From assembly GCA_038128845.1 (NCBI GenBank), contig JAYPKL010000001.1, positions 42,338-106,337 on the forward strand: a stretch of 64,000 bases of DNA, written 5' to 3'. The DNA is from Candidatus Woesearchaeota archaeon. Lineage in GTDB: Archaea; Nanobdellota; Nanobdellia; UBA10117; ARS21. Positions 48,019 to 58,837 of the stretch are shown piece after piece. How positions within the stretch are numbered: the stretch's first letter is position 1; each line of letters begins with the position of its first letter. The position numbers were made by a program, and so were the translations under genes. The notes beneath the pieces were generated by a model. The model saw only the letters and a list, made by a program, of their open reading frames with translations, had not been told where the DNA came from and did no database searches.

Positions 48019-50274
48019 ATGGCCAAAGAAATCAAATTAAAAGTTCAAGAAGCAATACAAGACGATATTGACAAAGGTGTTGTAAGAATTGAACAGACTT
48101 ATTTGAAAGAATTAGGCATAGAGCAAGGTGATTTTGTCGAAATACAAGGAGATAAAAAAACGGTTGCAATAGTCGGCAGGGCATTTCCAGCAGATCTAGG
48201 TTTAGGCACCATACGAATGGATCCTTCAACGCGTAAAAATGCGGGAACAAGCATTTCTGAAAAAGTAACAATTCGAGCAATTGATATAACTCCTGCAAAA
48301 AAAATAATTTTAGCACCATATCAACAAGGTCTCAGAATTAAAGCATCTCCAAGTATATTTAAGAAAGCTCTTTTAGGCCGAGCAGTTACAAAAGGCGATA
48401 TTGTTTCCCCGACAAACTTAGGTAGACCAAGATCGCGTTCAAGAAGTTATGATCCCTTTGAAGAATTATCAGAAATGTTGGGTGCGTCATTAAATATAGG
48501 AATACCTTTCATGTCAGGAATTAAATTTGTTGTTGTTAATACAAATCCAAAAACAGCAGTTTTGATAACTGAAGACACTCAAATTGAATTAAAAGAAGAA
48601 GCAGTAGAAATTCAAGAAGAAAGCGTACCTGATGTGTCTTATGAAGATATTGGCGGACTAACTGAAGAAGTTAAAAAAGTAAGAGAGATGATTGAAATTC
48701 CGCTAAAAAAACCAGAATTATTTGAAAGATTAGGAATACAGCCTCCAAAAGGAGTTTTATTGTACGGACCTCCTGGAACTGGAAAAACATTATTGGCAAA
48801 AGCAGTTGCTTCAGAATCACAAGCATCATTCCATTTAATCAATGGTCCAGAAGTTATGAGTAAATTTGTTGGAGATGCAGAAAAGAAATTGCGAGGAATC
48901 TTTGATGAGGCAGAAAAAAATTCACCTGCAGTAATATTTATTGACGAAATTGATGCAATAGCACCAAAAAGAGAAGATTCATTTGGAGAAGTCGAGAGAA
49001 GAGTTGTTGCTCAACTTTTAACTCTGATGGATGGAATGAAATCCAGAGGAAAAGTAATTGTAATTGCAGCCACAAATCGTCCAGATGCAATAGATCCGGC
49101 ATTAAGGCGAGGCGGAAGATTCGATAGGGAAATTGAGATCGGAGTTCCGAATAAAGAAGGAAGATTACAAATTCTTAAAATTCAAACAAGAAATATGCCT
49201 TTACAAAAAAACGTTGATATAGCCGAGTTATCTCGAATCACTCACGGTTATGTTGGCGCAGACTTGGAAGCACTATGCAAAGAAGCTGCTATGAATGTAA
49301 TCCGGAGATTGGATGGTAAATATTCAATTAAAGACGACGCACCAATATCAGAAGAAGTTATGAAAAAATTAATAGTTACAAAAAAAGACTTTGAAGAAGC
49401 TTTCAGAAATGTTACACCGAGTGCAATGAGAGAAGTTTTAGTTGAAACGCCCAACGTAAAATGGGAAAGAATCGGAGGTCTTGATGAGATTAAAGAAAGA
49501 TTAAAAGAATCAGTAGAATGGCCACTAAAAAATCCGGATATTTTTACTAGAATGGGGATCAAAGCACCAAAAGGAATATTGCTTTACGGACCTCCCGGAA
49601 CGGGAAAAACATTATTGGCAAAAGCAGTTGCAACAGAATCCGAAGCAAATTTTATTTCAGTAAAAGGTCCAGAATTATTAAATAAATATGTTGGAGAATC
49701 AGAAAAAGGCGTACGAGATATATTTAGAAAAGCAAAACAAGTTGCTCCATCCATTATTTTCTTTGATGAAATCGATTCAATCGGATCTGCAAGAGGAAGT
49801 TCAGATACTGCAAAAGTCAGAGAGGGCGTAATAAATCAAATTTTAACTGAAATAGATGGCGTAGAAGATTTATCTGATGTAATTATTATTGGCGCCACAA
49901 ATCGTCCAGAACTAATGGATCCGGCATTATTAAGGCCCGGAAGATTCGATAGACATCTTCTAGTTGGACCGCCAAATAAGAAAGGAATTGAAGAAATACT
50001 TCAAGTTCATTTAAATAAAGATATTATGCCGCGAGGAATGACTTACAAAAATTTAGCAGAAAAATTAAAAGGTTATACTGGGGCAGACATAGAAGCAATT
50101 GTTAGAGAATCTGTTATTGCAGCATTAAGAGAAGATAAAAAGGCTACAAAAATTAAAGATAAACATATGACTGACGCAATCAAAAAAATAAAACCTTCAA
50201 TCAATAAGAATGCTTTAGATGCATACGAAGGAGCATTAAAGGAAGTTGAAAAAGGACCAGATTACCTTGGATAA
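48019..50274 (+). CDS. cdc48: CDC48/VCP-like AAA+ ATPase (two AAA domains)
   Basis: N-domain, then two Walker A motifs (both GPPGTGKT), two Walker B motifs (IIFIDEID / IIFFDEID) and second-region-of-homology motifs. Confidence 0.9.
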   Translation: MAKEIKLKVQEAIQDDIDKGVVRIEQTYLKELGIEQGDFVEIQGDKKTVAIVGRAFPADLGLGTIRMDPSTRKNAGTSISEKVTIRAIDITPAKKIILAPYQQGLRIKASPSIFKKALLGRAVTKGDIVSPTNLGRPRSRSRSYDPFEELSEMLGASLNIGIPFMSGIKFVVVNTNPKTAVLITEDTQIELKEEAVEIQEESVPDVSYEDIGGLTEEVKKVREMIEIPLKKPELFERLGIQPPKGVLLYGPPGTGKTLLAKAVASESQASFHLINGPEVMSKFVGDAEKKLRGIFDEAEKNSPAVIFIDEIDAIAPKREDSFGEVERRVVAQLLTLMDGMKSRGKVIVIAATNRPDAIDPALRRGGRFDREIEIGVPNKEGRLQILKIQTRNMPLQKNVDIAELSRITHGYVGADLEALCKEAAMNVIRRLDGKYSIKDDAPISEEVMKKLIVTKKDFEEAFRNVTPSAMREVLVETPNVKWERIGGLDEIKERLKESVEWPLKNPDIFTRMGIKAPKGILLYGPPGTGKTLLAKAVATESEANFISVKGPELLNKYVGESEKGVRDIFRKAKQVAPSIIFFDEIDSIGSARGSSDTAKVREGVINQILTEIDGVEDLSDVIIIGATNRPELMDPALLRPGRFDRHLLVGPPNKKGIEEILQVHLNKDIMPRGMTYKNLAEKLKGYTGADIEAIVRESVIAALREDKKATKIKDKHMTDAIKKIKPSINKNALDAYEGALKEVEKGPDYLG

Positions 50275-50277
50275 TTA

Positions 50278-51153
50278 TTAACCAAGTATTATTGGTTTAT
50301 CTTCGACAATTATTGTGTGTTCAAATTGAGAAACAACCGAACCTCTTTTTTCTAAAAGTACTTGATGATCAGTTAATAATTCATTTCTAACTAAGTATGC
50401 AATTGAAGATTTTGCTTTTGCATATCCAAACTTGTCTTGTATATCTCTAATATTAAACGGCAATGTTAAGAATTCCTTCTTAATAAAATTAAGAACATCC
50501 CTATAAAGTCTAACTGGTTTATCAGATTCCAATTGATAAATTCCGGAACTTTTTCCTGATTTTATCATACCGTCTCCGTCCGTTAAGAACGGTTCAACCG
50601 CAATAACCATTCCTCTTTCCAGTATATCGTTTGTTTTAGTATCATAATTGGGAATACCAAATCCGCTGTGAATATCATACTGCTCGATTCCGTGACCGGT
50701 TAAGTTTTTGATTATTTTATATTTTGAACCCTTTACTACTTTTTCTACTGCTTTACCAATTTCAGAAACCTTTACACCGGGTTTTATAACTTTCAGCGCT
50801 TCATCCAAAGCTCGTCTATTCAAATTTATTAATTCAGCATGATTATCTGTTTCTATTTCAAAAGTAATTGCACTATCCACAATAAATCCGTCAATATGAA
50901 CTCCTATGTCCAATTTAACTAAATCTCCTTTTTCAAAAACACGAGTGTCATCAATCTGAGCAATATCATGCGCAGCAGTATCGTTAACAGAAATATTTAC
51001 TGGAAATGCAATTCCTCCTCCCAATTCTAAAATTTTATTTTCAATTTTCTTAGAAAATTCAAGATAATTCATTCCCGATTTAGCAATAGATTTTCCATAT
51101 TCCTTACATTTCTTAGATATTTCACTTGCTTTTTGATATTTTTTTACATCCAT
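50278..51153 (-). CDS. map: methionine aminopeptidase, type 2 (archaeal MAP)
   Basis: Pita-bread fold motifs (VKLDIGVHIDGFIVDSA, HGIEQY). 291 aa, typical of archaeal MetAP-2. Confidence 0.85.
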   Translation of the reverse strand: MDVKKYQKASEISKKCKEYGKSIAKSGMNYLEFSKKIENKILELGGGIAFPVNISVNDTAAHDIAQIDDTRVFEKGDLVKLDIGVHIDGFIVDSAITFEIETDNHAELINLNRRALDEALKVIKPGVKVSEIGKAVEKVVKGSKYKIIKNLTGHGIEQYDIHSGFGIPNYDTKTNDILERGMVIAVEPFLTDGDGMIKSGKSSGIYQLESDKPVRLYRDVLNFIKKEFLTLPFNIRDIQDKFGYAKAKSSIAYLVRNELLTDHQVLLEKRGSVVSQFEHTIIVEDKPIILG

Positions 51154-53393
51154 GATGATAGCCCTGAATTAAGATTTTTTAATTGTTCTTCTTTGTAATT
51201 AAATAATTCAAATATTTTATAGGTTGCTGCAATTAATTGTTTATCGATATAATAGTCCTTATCAATATCTTCTTTTTTTGCATTCTTTGAAAGGATTACT
51301 TTATCTCTTATCAACTTACTTTTTTTATTACTAACTACGTATTCAACAATTGTTCCAGGTTCTACAACCAAGTTTTCTTTTTCCATTAATCTTCCTGCTG
51401 CCACCTGCGGTCCAATTGATTTATAATCATTCAATCTTCTTGTTAATTTATTTTTTAAAACAAATTTTTCGATATCGATTTTATTATTTCTTATATCTTC
51501 AATAATTTGTTTTATTATTTTTTCTGCAGATTTTATTGATTTCGTTTCTAAAACACTCTTTAATATCTTTAATTGAGATTCTTTTGATAATTTACTCCAA
51601 TCTCCTCTTTTGGATTCAAGACCCTTTATTATTAAATTGCCATCCTTTTTTAACAAAGCATATCTCTTTTTTGCACCCGCACTCGAGTTACGCTTTTCCA
51701 AAAAAATTCCCGAAGCGTAGTCTCCCTCATCCTCCAATTCCATTGGATCGGGAAGAGTCTTATTTATATTTTCAATAAAAGAATCCACATTAGGATTGTT
51801 AATTAAAAATATGGAGTCGGTATCTCCATAAATTACTTTTATTTTTTCTTTATTTGCTTGCTCAATTAAATTTTCTATATATTTTCTACCGTATGCAGTT
51901 ATACTTCTTGCACAATCAAACGAATACCAACGAGCACCATAAAAACCCATATATCCATAAAATGAATTTGCCAGAATTTTAAGAGCATAAGATTCACCAT
52001 CCAATTTTTTAACATTTATAATATCGGTTTCATTTTTCAATTTATTTTTCACCTTTATTCTTTGATTAATAATTTGCTTCAAAATATTTGGTAAAAAACT
52101 ATTTTTATTTTCAAAAAAAACTTTTTTATCTGGAAGATTAATTTCATTATTTCCCGATTCGTAAGACATACTATACGGCTCAATATTATGTGCAATAATT
52201 ATTGAAGGATATAGACTTCTAAAATCAAAAACTCTAACGTTCTCGTATAGACCAGGTTTAGGTTGATAAACAAAAGCACCTTCATATTTTGCATACATTC
52301 TTTCAGAGATTTCTTTGTTATTTGGTTTTCTTTCTATAACTCTATTCTCTAAATAAGCATTTTTTAAAATAAATAATTCTACAAGTTTACCAAATTTCAT
52401 TCTCGTAACCTCATTCAGCGGCATATTAATTAAATTGCTAAATTCTATTGCAATATCTAAAACTTTTAACATTAAATCATGAGTTAATTTAGAATCTTGT
52501 AAATTATATTTACATATTTCATCTAATTTTTCTTTTTCATTCGATTCAAAGTAGTTTTGTATCTTTGCTCCAAGATCCGAAGTCTTAACTTCTCCCAACA
52601 TTGCTTCAGCAACATCGTTCAATTTTAGAGATTTAGATCCAATGCTTTGAGATAAAACATTTCGAATAAATATGTATACATCTATATTCGTGATTCCATT
52701 TATTTCAATTTTATTTTCTCTTCCTGCTCTTTTTTCTATTAATTCTGAATTTAGCGTACCCAGTTTAAGATTCATGTTATTTTTTTTCATTCTATCTAGT
52801 ATAAATTTTAGATCAAATCTATCGGAATTATATCCACAAATTATATCTGGATTAAATTCATTTATTGTATTTGCAAAATCCCATAATAATTCTTCTTCAT
52901 TTTCAAAATTTTTTACATAGTCAAGATCCGAATTAAATTTTTTAGAAATCGAAACTTTACTATAATTTTTAGAATAATAAGAAATAGATAAAATTTTGTC
53001 ATATTTTGAATCCGGAAATCCATAATTTGATTCAGTTTCTATATCGAATGCCAATATTTTTGGTTCTTTATCAAAAAATTTTATTTTATTTTTTACCAAA
53101 GACTTATGTATTAGATTAATATCGTGCTCAAATACATCTTCTTCATTAAAATTGGTTAGTGCATCCTTCAGATCTTTTTTATTTTCAAACTCTATTTTAG
53201 CAAGTTTTGTTTTTATATTTCTAAAATTTTTTTCAACCAAAGTGTAAGAATATTCTTTAAGATCATAATTTGTAAAATTATTCAATAATAAATAATATTT
53301 TTCTAGTTCAAATTTATTTGTTTTATTACTTTCGTTATTAATTAAATAAAATTTCCGAGAATTAATCTCGGAATAATCTACTGCAGTATTCAT
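51144..53393 (-). CDS. polB: family B DNA polymerase (PolB)
   Basis: Exo I FDIETE, Exo II YNSDRFD, Pol motif A region, and motif C YGDTDS (KVIYGDTDSIFL). 749 aa. Confidence 0.85.
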   Translation of the reverse strand: MNTAVDYSEINSRKFYLINNESNKTNKFELEKYYLLLNNFTNYDLKEYSYTLVEKNFRNIKTKLAKIEFENKKDLKDALTNFNEEDVFEHDINLIHKSLVKNKIKFFDKEPKILAFDIETESNYGFPDSKYDKILSISYYSKNYSKVSISKKFNSDLDYVKNFENEEELLWDFANTINEFNPDIICGYNSDRFDLKFILDRMKKNNMNLKLGTLNSELIEKRAGRENKIEINGITNIDVYIFIRNVLSQSIGSKSLKLNDVAEAMLGEVKTSDLGAKIQNYFESNEKEKLDEICKYNLQDSKLTHDLMLKVLDIAIEFSNLINMPLNEVTRMKFGKLVELFILKNAYLENRVIERKPNNKEISERMYAKYEGAFVYQPKPGLYENVRVFDFRSLYPSIIIAHNIEPYSMSYESGNNEINLPDKKVFFENKNSFLPNILKQIINQRIKVKNKLKNETDIINVKKLDGESYALKILANSFYGYMGFYGARWYSFDCARSITAYGRKYIENLIEQANKEKIKVIYGDTDSIFLINNPNVDSFIENINKTLPDPMELEDEGDYASGIFLEKRNSSAGAKKRYALLKKDGNLIIKGLESKRGDWSKLSKESQLKILKSVLETKSIKSAEKIIKQIIEDIRNNKIDIEKFVLKNKLTRRLNDYKSIGPQVAAGRLMEKENLVVEPGTIVEYVVSNKKSKLIRDKVILSKNAKKEDIDKDYYIDKQLIAATYKIFELFNYKEEQLKNLNSGLSSWM

Positions 53394-53773
53394 TCGGATC
53401 CTTTGATTTGATCAAAGAATCTTCTCATATCTCTTTGTATTTGGTCAGCATCCGCTTTTAGTTTTTCAAGACTTACGTGCAATCTTTGCTCGTCTTTAAC
53501 CAAATTAGATATTTGATCGTAAGGATTTACTGCTCTTTGAAAGTCTGCAATACCGATAGACCCATAAGGTGATTTATTCATCTCCCGGGATACTTTTGCA
53601 AGTAAATTTCCCAACCAAAGATTTAAGGCATCCTTTACTTCGGATCTAATTTGTTTACCTTCAGTTATATGATCTCTCATCAAGTTAACAACTCTTGCTC
53701 GAGGAAATGGTAGTGAATCATCTTCATCTTGCATTATTTCGTCATTAGTATGCATATTTTGTTCGTTTTCCAT
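53390..53773 (-). CDS. hypothetical protein with possible histone-fold (NF-YB/Dpb4-like) core; translationally coupled to polB
   Basis: 127 aa. LPFPRARVVNLMRDHI...KQIRSEVKDALNLWLGNLLAKVSRE...GSIGIADFQRAV aligns by eye with histone-fold helices a1-L1-a2-L2-a3 (compare HMfB LPIAPIGRIIK...GRKTIKAEDIELAV). The stop overlaps the polB start. Confidence 0.35.
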   Translation of the reverse strand: MENEQNMHTNDEIMQDEDDSLPFPRARVVNLMRDHITEGKQIRSEVKDALNLWLGNLLAKVSREMNKSPYGSIGIADFQRAVNPYDQISNLVKDEQRLHVSLEKLKADADQIQRDMRRFFDQIKGSE

Positions 53774-53821
53774 AAAAATTATTCAAATTTAAGCTTATAA
53801 AGATTAGTATTTGCAACAATA

Positions 53822-54145
53822 TCAGTCTCTAAAATGAAAACCATACTCTTCTTTTATTATATGGTCGCATATTTGAGATATTCCATAAGTAACCAAATCT
53901 TGTTCAGGATTATTTATTATTGCATCACAAACTAAATTTAATAATCTAGTTGTTTCCGAATTTAGTTCATAAGTAGTTCCCCTGGTTCCTCCAATATATT
54001 GAGATATTGTTGATGTTTGAGAATCAAATAAAATTGCTATGTCTTTCTGTGTCATTCCTCTATTAACTAATTCTTTTGCCAGATTTGCTTTGACCGAATG
54101 AATTGCAGTTTTTGCAATGAATTCGTGAGGAAAAATTAATGCCAT
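53822..54145 (-). CDS. putative HTH-type transcriptional regulator
   Basis: 107 aa with an HTH-like segment GMTQKDIAILFDSQTSTISQYI. Confidence 0.45.
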   Translation of the reverse strand: MALIFPHEFIAKTAIHSVKANLAKELVNRGMTQKDIAILFDSQTSTISQYIGGTRGTTYELNSETTRLLNLVCDAIINNPEQDLVTYGISQICDHIIKEEYGFHFRD

Positions 54146-54177
54146 TACTAAGTAATACTCTTTTATTTTAAATAATT

Positions 54178-54456
54178 TTATGAAAACGTCTTAACAAATC
54201 TTCTTGTAAGCAAGCCTGAAAACAATAATAATCCAAATCCAAGCGCCAAAGAATCACCCATTGTAAGATTTGCTTCCGCATATCGTGCAATTGCACTCCA
54301 AATAAATATAGTTCCAGTTATGCCAATAAATGCAAGACCTACTTGTTTAATTAATCTCTTTTGCTCTCTTAATTTTTTTCTTCTCAATCTTCTTCTTCGT
54401 TGAGCATAAATAGAATTACGAATTTTAATCATTCTTGAGCTAAGATGACGATACAT
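54178..54456 (-). CDS. small basic membrane protein (hypothetical)
   Basis: 92 aa, Arg/Lys-rich N-terminus, two hydrophobic helices. Confidence 0.3.
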   Translation of the reverse strand: MYRHLSSRMIKIRNSIYAQRRRRLRRKKLREQKRLIKQVGLAFIGITGTIFIWSAIARYAEANLTMGDSLALGFGLLLFSGLLTRRFVKTFS

Positions 54457-54528
54457 ATTATGAAAAAGAATTAACTTTATTTAAATATATCAAAATAATT
54501 ATAAATCAATCAAATTAGAGAATAATGT

Positions 54529-54602
54529 GGGCGGATGGCCAAGTCCGGTAAGGCAACGGGTTGCAGTCCCGTCATTCGGGGGTTCAAATCCCTCTCCGCC
54601 CT
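54529..54602 (+). tRNA. tRNA-Cys (GCA)
   Basis: Hand-folded cloverleaf. 7-bp acceptor stem GGGCGGA/TCCGCCC, anticodon stem ACGGG/CCCGT with loop TTGCAGT (anticodon GCA), T-arm GGGGG-TTCAAAT-CCCTC, discriminator U. Confidence 0.8.
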
Positions 54603-54771
54603 TAAGTTTAAAAATATTAGTCGAATAGCATAGTATGAAATTTAATTTACTCTTACATGATGAAGAATTTTTACCTAGAAAGTCAAAATTAGATCATAAA
54701 AGTAAATTTGAAGATGTTATGCATTCGGATTTAAAATCGGAATATAAATTATTGAACAAATTGATCAAAGA

Positions 54772-56139
54772 TTAATTTTTTTTATATACATACGTTTTTT
54801 CAATCTCGTCCATAATTATATAATTATTTTTTTCAAGATCTTCTCTTATTTTATCTGCCTCTTGAAATTTTCGATTTAACCTAAATTTGTCTCGCATTTT
54901 GATTTTATCCATAATTTCTTTAGGAATTTTTACTGATTCCCTAATTCCTAATTTGAATAAATCATCAATAAATTCAATAATTTTTTTCTTATCAAATTCA
55001 GAAGTTTTTTCATTATTCAGGCTTAAATTCATTATACCTAGAGCCTTCGGAAAATTAAAATCGTCAAGCAAAGACTCTTTTATTTCGTCGATATATGTTT
55101 CATACAGATTATCCTTTTTTATATCATCCAGTTTTACATATTGCTCTATTAAATTTTTTCTAGATAATTTTGCGGACTTAATTCCATCATCCGTAAAATT
55201 CATATTTTTACGATAGTGTGTTCCCAAACAATAATATCTAAAATCCAAGGGACTATAATCAGATTGTTTAATATCTTCCAAAGTTACAAAATTATTTTTC
55301 GATTTCGACATTTTTTCAGAGTTTATATTAAGAAAAGAAATATGAGTCCAATAATTTACCCATCTATTAATGCCATAATAAGCCTCCGATTGACAAATTT
55401 CATTGTTATGATGTATTGGTAATAAGTCTTCGCCCCCAGTATGTATATCAATATTTTTTCCAAGATATTTACTTGCCATCGCAGAACATTCTATATGCCA
55501 ACCCGGATACCCTTCGCCCCACGGAGAATCCCATTTCATATCTTGATCATCAAATTTTGATTTTGTAAACCATAAAACAAAATCATGTTTATTTTTTTTA
55601 TTCAAGTCTAAACCAACTCTAGATTTAGAATCTTCAACAATTCCGCCAAGTTTCCCATACTTAACTTTAGATGTATCAAAATAAACATTTCCGCCCGCAG
55701 AATACGCATACTCTTTTTCTTCCAATTTTTTTATCATAAGTATTTGTTCTTTTATGTGATCTGTTGCTTTGGGAAATTTATTTGGTAATTCTATATTCAA
55801 TTCTTTCAAATTCTTCTTAAAAATGTCCGTATATTTTTTTGCAATATCCCATACGGTAATTTTTTCCTTTTTTGATGCCAGCTTAATTTTATCTTCTCCT
55901 TCGTCCGAATCAGAAACTAAATGACCAACATCCGTTATGTTCATTATATGATTTATTTTATATTTATTTAATTTAAAAGTGGATTTCATAAAATCAACTA
56001 TTATGAAATTTCTTAAATTACCTATATGCGGTGTATTGTAAACAGTTGGACCACACGAATAAATATTAACATTTCCTTTCTCTTTTGGAATAAATTTTTC
56101 TTTTCCCTTACTCAATGAATTATATAAATGCAGATCCAT
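54772..56139 (-). CDS. cysS: cysteinyl-tRNA synthetase
   Basis: HIGH motif (TPHIGNLRNF), Zn-binding Cys (IYSCGPTVY), KMSKS motif, and a C-terminal anticodon-binding domain. Confidence 0.9.
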   Translation of the reverse strand: MDLHLYNSLSKGKEKFIPKEKGNVNIYSCGPTVYNTPHIGNLRNFIIVDFMKSTFKLNKYKINHIMNITDVGHLVSDSDEGEDKIKLASKKEKITVWDIAKKYTDIFKKNLKELNIELPNKFPKATDHIKEQILMIKKLEEKEYAYSAGGNVYFDTSKVKYGKLGGIVEDSKSRVGLDLNKKNKHDFVLWFTKSKFDDQDMKWDSPWGEGYPGWHIECSAMASKYLGKNIDIHTGGEDLLPIHHNNEICQSEAYYGINRWVNYWTHISFLNINSEKMSKSKNNFVTLEDIKQSDYSPLDFRYYCLGTHYRKNMNFTDDGIKSAKLSRKNLIEQYVKLDDIKKDNLYETYIDEIKESLLDDFNFPKALGIMNLSLNNEKTSEFDKKKIIEFIDDLFKLGIRESVKIPKEIMDKIKMRDKFRLNRKFQEADKIREDLEKNNYIIMDEIEKTYVYKKN

Positions 56140-56200
56140 AGTTAATTATAATTTTATTTTATAAAAATAAGACTTATAATTATTTATATCATTATTTAAT

Positions 56201-56704
56201 ATGACTTCAATTTTTTCAAAGATAATTTCCGGGGAGATACCCTCTTACAAATTATATGAAGATTCAAAATGTATTGCAATTTTGGATATAAATCCAATAA
56301 ATATTGGACATACTTTACTTATTCCAAAAAAAGAATATGTTACTTATATGGATGTTCCTGATTCAGATTTAAAGCATATGTCTATAATTTTAAAATTTCT
56401 TTCTAAAGAATTAATTCGTATAGTTGGATGCACAGGAATAAATATATACCAAAATAATGGACCTTCCGCAGGACAAGAAGTTCCACATGTCCATTTTCAT
56501 ATTATTCCTAGGTTTGATTCCGACAATGCCATTGCTCAACCAAATAGAAAAAATATGAAACCTGAGGAAATTAAGGAAAGTTATGAATTAATAATCAAAA
56601 ATTTAGCTGAATTTAAAAAAGTTAAAAGATCCGTTTTACCTAGAAAAATAAAAAAACAGAAAACTCAAACTCTCAAAATTAAAGTTAAAAAAAGAAGAGA
56701 TTAA
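56201..56704 (+). CDS. HIT-family (histidine triad) nucleotide hydrolase
   Basis: HVHFHIIPR histidine triad. Lys-rich C-terminal tail. Confidence 0.8.
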   Translation: MTSIFSKIISGEIPSYKLYEDSKCIAILDINPINIGHTLLIPKKEYVTYMDVPDSDLKHMSIILKFLSKELIRIVGCTGINIYQNNGPSAGQEVPHVHFHIIPRFDSDNAIAQPNRKNMKPEEIKESYELIIKNLAEFKKVKRSVLPRKIKKQKTQTLKIKVKKRRD

Positions 56705-57000
56705 TAATTTCTAAAGAAATGGTAAACATCATGATTTATTCTTGCAGATTCTAAAGCATGATTTATTTCTCCTCTGTGTAAATGAGCTCTAGCTTGATCT
56801 CGATGTTCTGCCGGGATTTGTTCTAAATAATTATAAGTTGATTCAATTGTTTTAACTGCTTGACTTATGAATGCATTTTTTTCTGCATGTAATGAATGAT
56901 CTCTAGTTTTTATAACACCCATTGAAACTAAACTCCATACAACTGCAAAAAAACCAACAATTGCAATTAAAACGAAATGCGGAGCCGTTATTATACCCAT
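56701..57000 (-). CDS. hypothetical single-TM protein
   Basis: 99 aa, one N-terminal TM helix and a His-rich soluble tail. Confidence 0.3.
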   Translation of the reverse strand: MGIITAPHFVLIAIVGFFAVVWSLVSMGVIKTRDHSLHAEKNAFISQAVKTIESTYNYLEQIPAEHRDQARAHLHRGEINHALESARINHDVYHFFRNY

Positions 57001-57035
57001 TTTAATAATAATCGCCGGTCCTTTTTATATTTTAC

Positions 57036-57809
57036 TTAGATTTGAGCTAGAAATACTCTAAAGATAATGTCGGGATAATTTAAACTAAAAATTATTGCAA
57101 TAAAAAATGCCGGAGCAAAAGCAATTCCACCTTTAACTTTAACATATTGTTTGTGTTTTTTAATAAGTTCAATATCCTTTTTTAACACTCCAATCTTTCT
57201 TGGAGAATATATTAATTTGTTTTTATGGTAAATTTTCTCGGTAACCCAATCTCCTTCCACCAGATCTTTTGTACTTATTTTTTTATCAAAATAATTAAGT
57301 TGAATTATATAACTTAAATACATAGTTAGAATTATTAAAAAAATAAATCCAATTGGGTAAAATAATATTAATGAAATTATGCTAATCAAAAATAATTCTT
57401 TAACATATTTTTTATTTTTAATTTCGTTTAAATTTTTAAAAGTGTTAAATAAAACAATTAGTATTGAATAAATTCCTCCAGCTAAAATTAAATTTATACT
57501 AAATTCTAAAATAAATGGAATTGTATTTTTTAATATTGCTCCGGCAGATGATATACCAATTAATAATTTTGCATCACCTCCGCCCCAATTTCCGCTAAAA
57601 AATAGTCCCAGACCAATTATGCTTCCTAAAAACATTGAAACTAAATAATCTGTAAAAAGTAATTGTTTAGTTATTGCAAAATAAATGTGAAAAATTAAAC
57701 CTATTAAAATTAAACCATTCGTTAGTATATCTGGAATTTCATATTTGTATAAGTCTATTGGCAAAGATAATACTATTGCGAATATTATTAATCCAATTAA
57801 AAAGTCCAT
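57036..57809 (-). CDS. archaeal prepilin/preflagellin peptidase (A24 family, PibD/FlaK/EppA-like)
   Basis: Polytopic 257 aa with an NWGGGDAKLL motif (GxGD-KLL second catalytic Asp box of type IV prepilin peptidases). The window encodes more than 9 class-III-signal-peptide substrates. Confidence 0.6.
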   Translation of the reverse strand: MDFLIGLIIFAIVLSLPIDLYKYEIPDILTNGLILIGLIFHIYFAITKQLLFTDYLVSMFLGSIIGLGLFFSGNWGGGDAKLLIGISSAGAILKNTIPFILEFSINLILAGGIYSILIVLFNTFKNLNEIKNKKYVKELFLISIISLILFYPIGFIFLIILTMYLSYIIQLNYFDKKISTKDLVEGDWVTEKIYHKNKLIYSPRKIGVLKKDIELIKKHKQYVKVKGGIAFAPAFFIAIIFSLNYPDIIFRVFLAQI

Positions 57810-57832
57810 ATTTATTTTGGTTATTATTTTAT

Positions 57833-58837
57833 TTAAGCTTCTTCAATTCCCTTTTCAGTTATATTGAATAATATTTCACCTTCCGGTAAATAAGGAGAAT
57901 CTACAAGTTTTGCAACTCTTTTACCGCCTTTTCCTTTTCTTAAGAAAAGTCTAAATTGTGAAGCGTGACCTAATATGTGACCGCCTATTGCAGTTGTAGG
58001 ATTACCAAAGAAGATAGCAGGATTTGCTTGAACTTGATTTGTTAAATAAACTGCCATATTATGTTTATCCGCGACACTTTGTAATGCATGCAAGTGTCTA
58101 TTTAATTTTTGTTGACGAGTAGCAAGAGTTCCTCTTCCTGCATATTCTGATCTGAATAAACTCATTAATGAGTCGACTATGATTAGTCCAAACTTTCTTG
58201 GATGTTTTCCAATTACTTCATCCAGTTTATCTACAAGAAGCATTTGATGGTCAGACGTATATGCTCTTGCAACCATGATTCTGCTTAAAATTTCATTAGG
58301 ATCTAAACCTCTCGATTCACAAATTTGCTTTATTCTTTCCGGCCTAAATGTATTTTCAGTATCTATATATATTACATCTTTATTCAGACCGCCCTGATCT
58401 TCAGGCAATTGACAATTAACGGACAACATCATCCCGAGCTGACTTTTACCGGAACCAAATTCTCCAAATGCTTCAGTTATACTTTGAGTTTCAATTCCTC
58501 CTCCAAGTAAGCCGTCAAAATCTTCAGAACCTGTTTTTATTCTTTGCACAATTGTTTTTCTTTCTACAAGTTCAGTTCCACTAATGAAGCCCATGTCTAG
58601 TGCATTTCTTGCAGCAATTTGCGCCTTCATCGCGGAAGCAACAGTCATACCGCTCGAATCGGATAATTCTTGAGTTGGAGCCACAGCTATTGCCATTATA
58701 GTATCATAACCTGCTTCTCTTAATTTTTCGGCAGTCATCGGACCAACTCCCGGTAAGTCTTCAAGTTCTAATTGTTTTTCTTCTTCATTTTCTTGAGATT
58801 CTTCGTTTACAATTTCTTCAGTTTTCTTACGAGCCAT
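57833..58837 (-). CDS. radA: RadA recombinase
   Basis: N-terminal HhH ([12 protein letters not shown]), Walker [10 protein letters not shown], Walker B IIVDSLM. 334 aa. Confidence 0.9.
   Translation of the reverse strand: MARKKTEEIVNEESQENEEEKQLELEDLPGVGPMTAEKLREAGYDTIMAIAVAPTQELSDSSGMTVASAMKAQIAARNALDMGFISGTELVERKTIVQRIKTGSEDFDGLLGGGIETQSITEAFGEFGSGKSQLGMMLSVNCQLPEDQGGLNKDVIYIDTENTFRPERIKQICESRGLDPNEILSRIMVARAYTSDHQMLLVDKLDEVIGKHPRKFGLIIVDSLMSLFRSEYAGRGTLATRQQKLNRHLHALQSVADKHNMAVYLTNQVQANPAIFFGNPTTAIGGHILGHASQFRLFLRKGKGGKRVAKLVDSPYLPEGEILFNITEKGIEEA

Noticed and set aside
54635-54775. 46-codon plus-strand ORF (MKFNLLLHDEEF...) between tRNA-Cys and cysS
   Set aside because: Very short, no motif, overlaps the cysS stop, and sits in a likely terminator or promoter spacer. 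Insufficient support.
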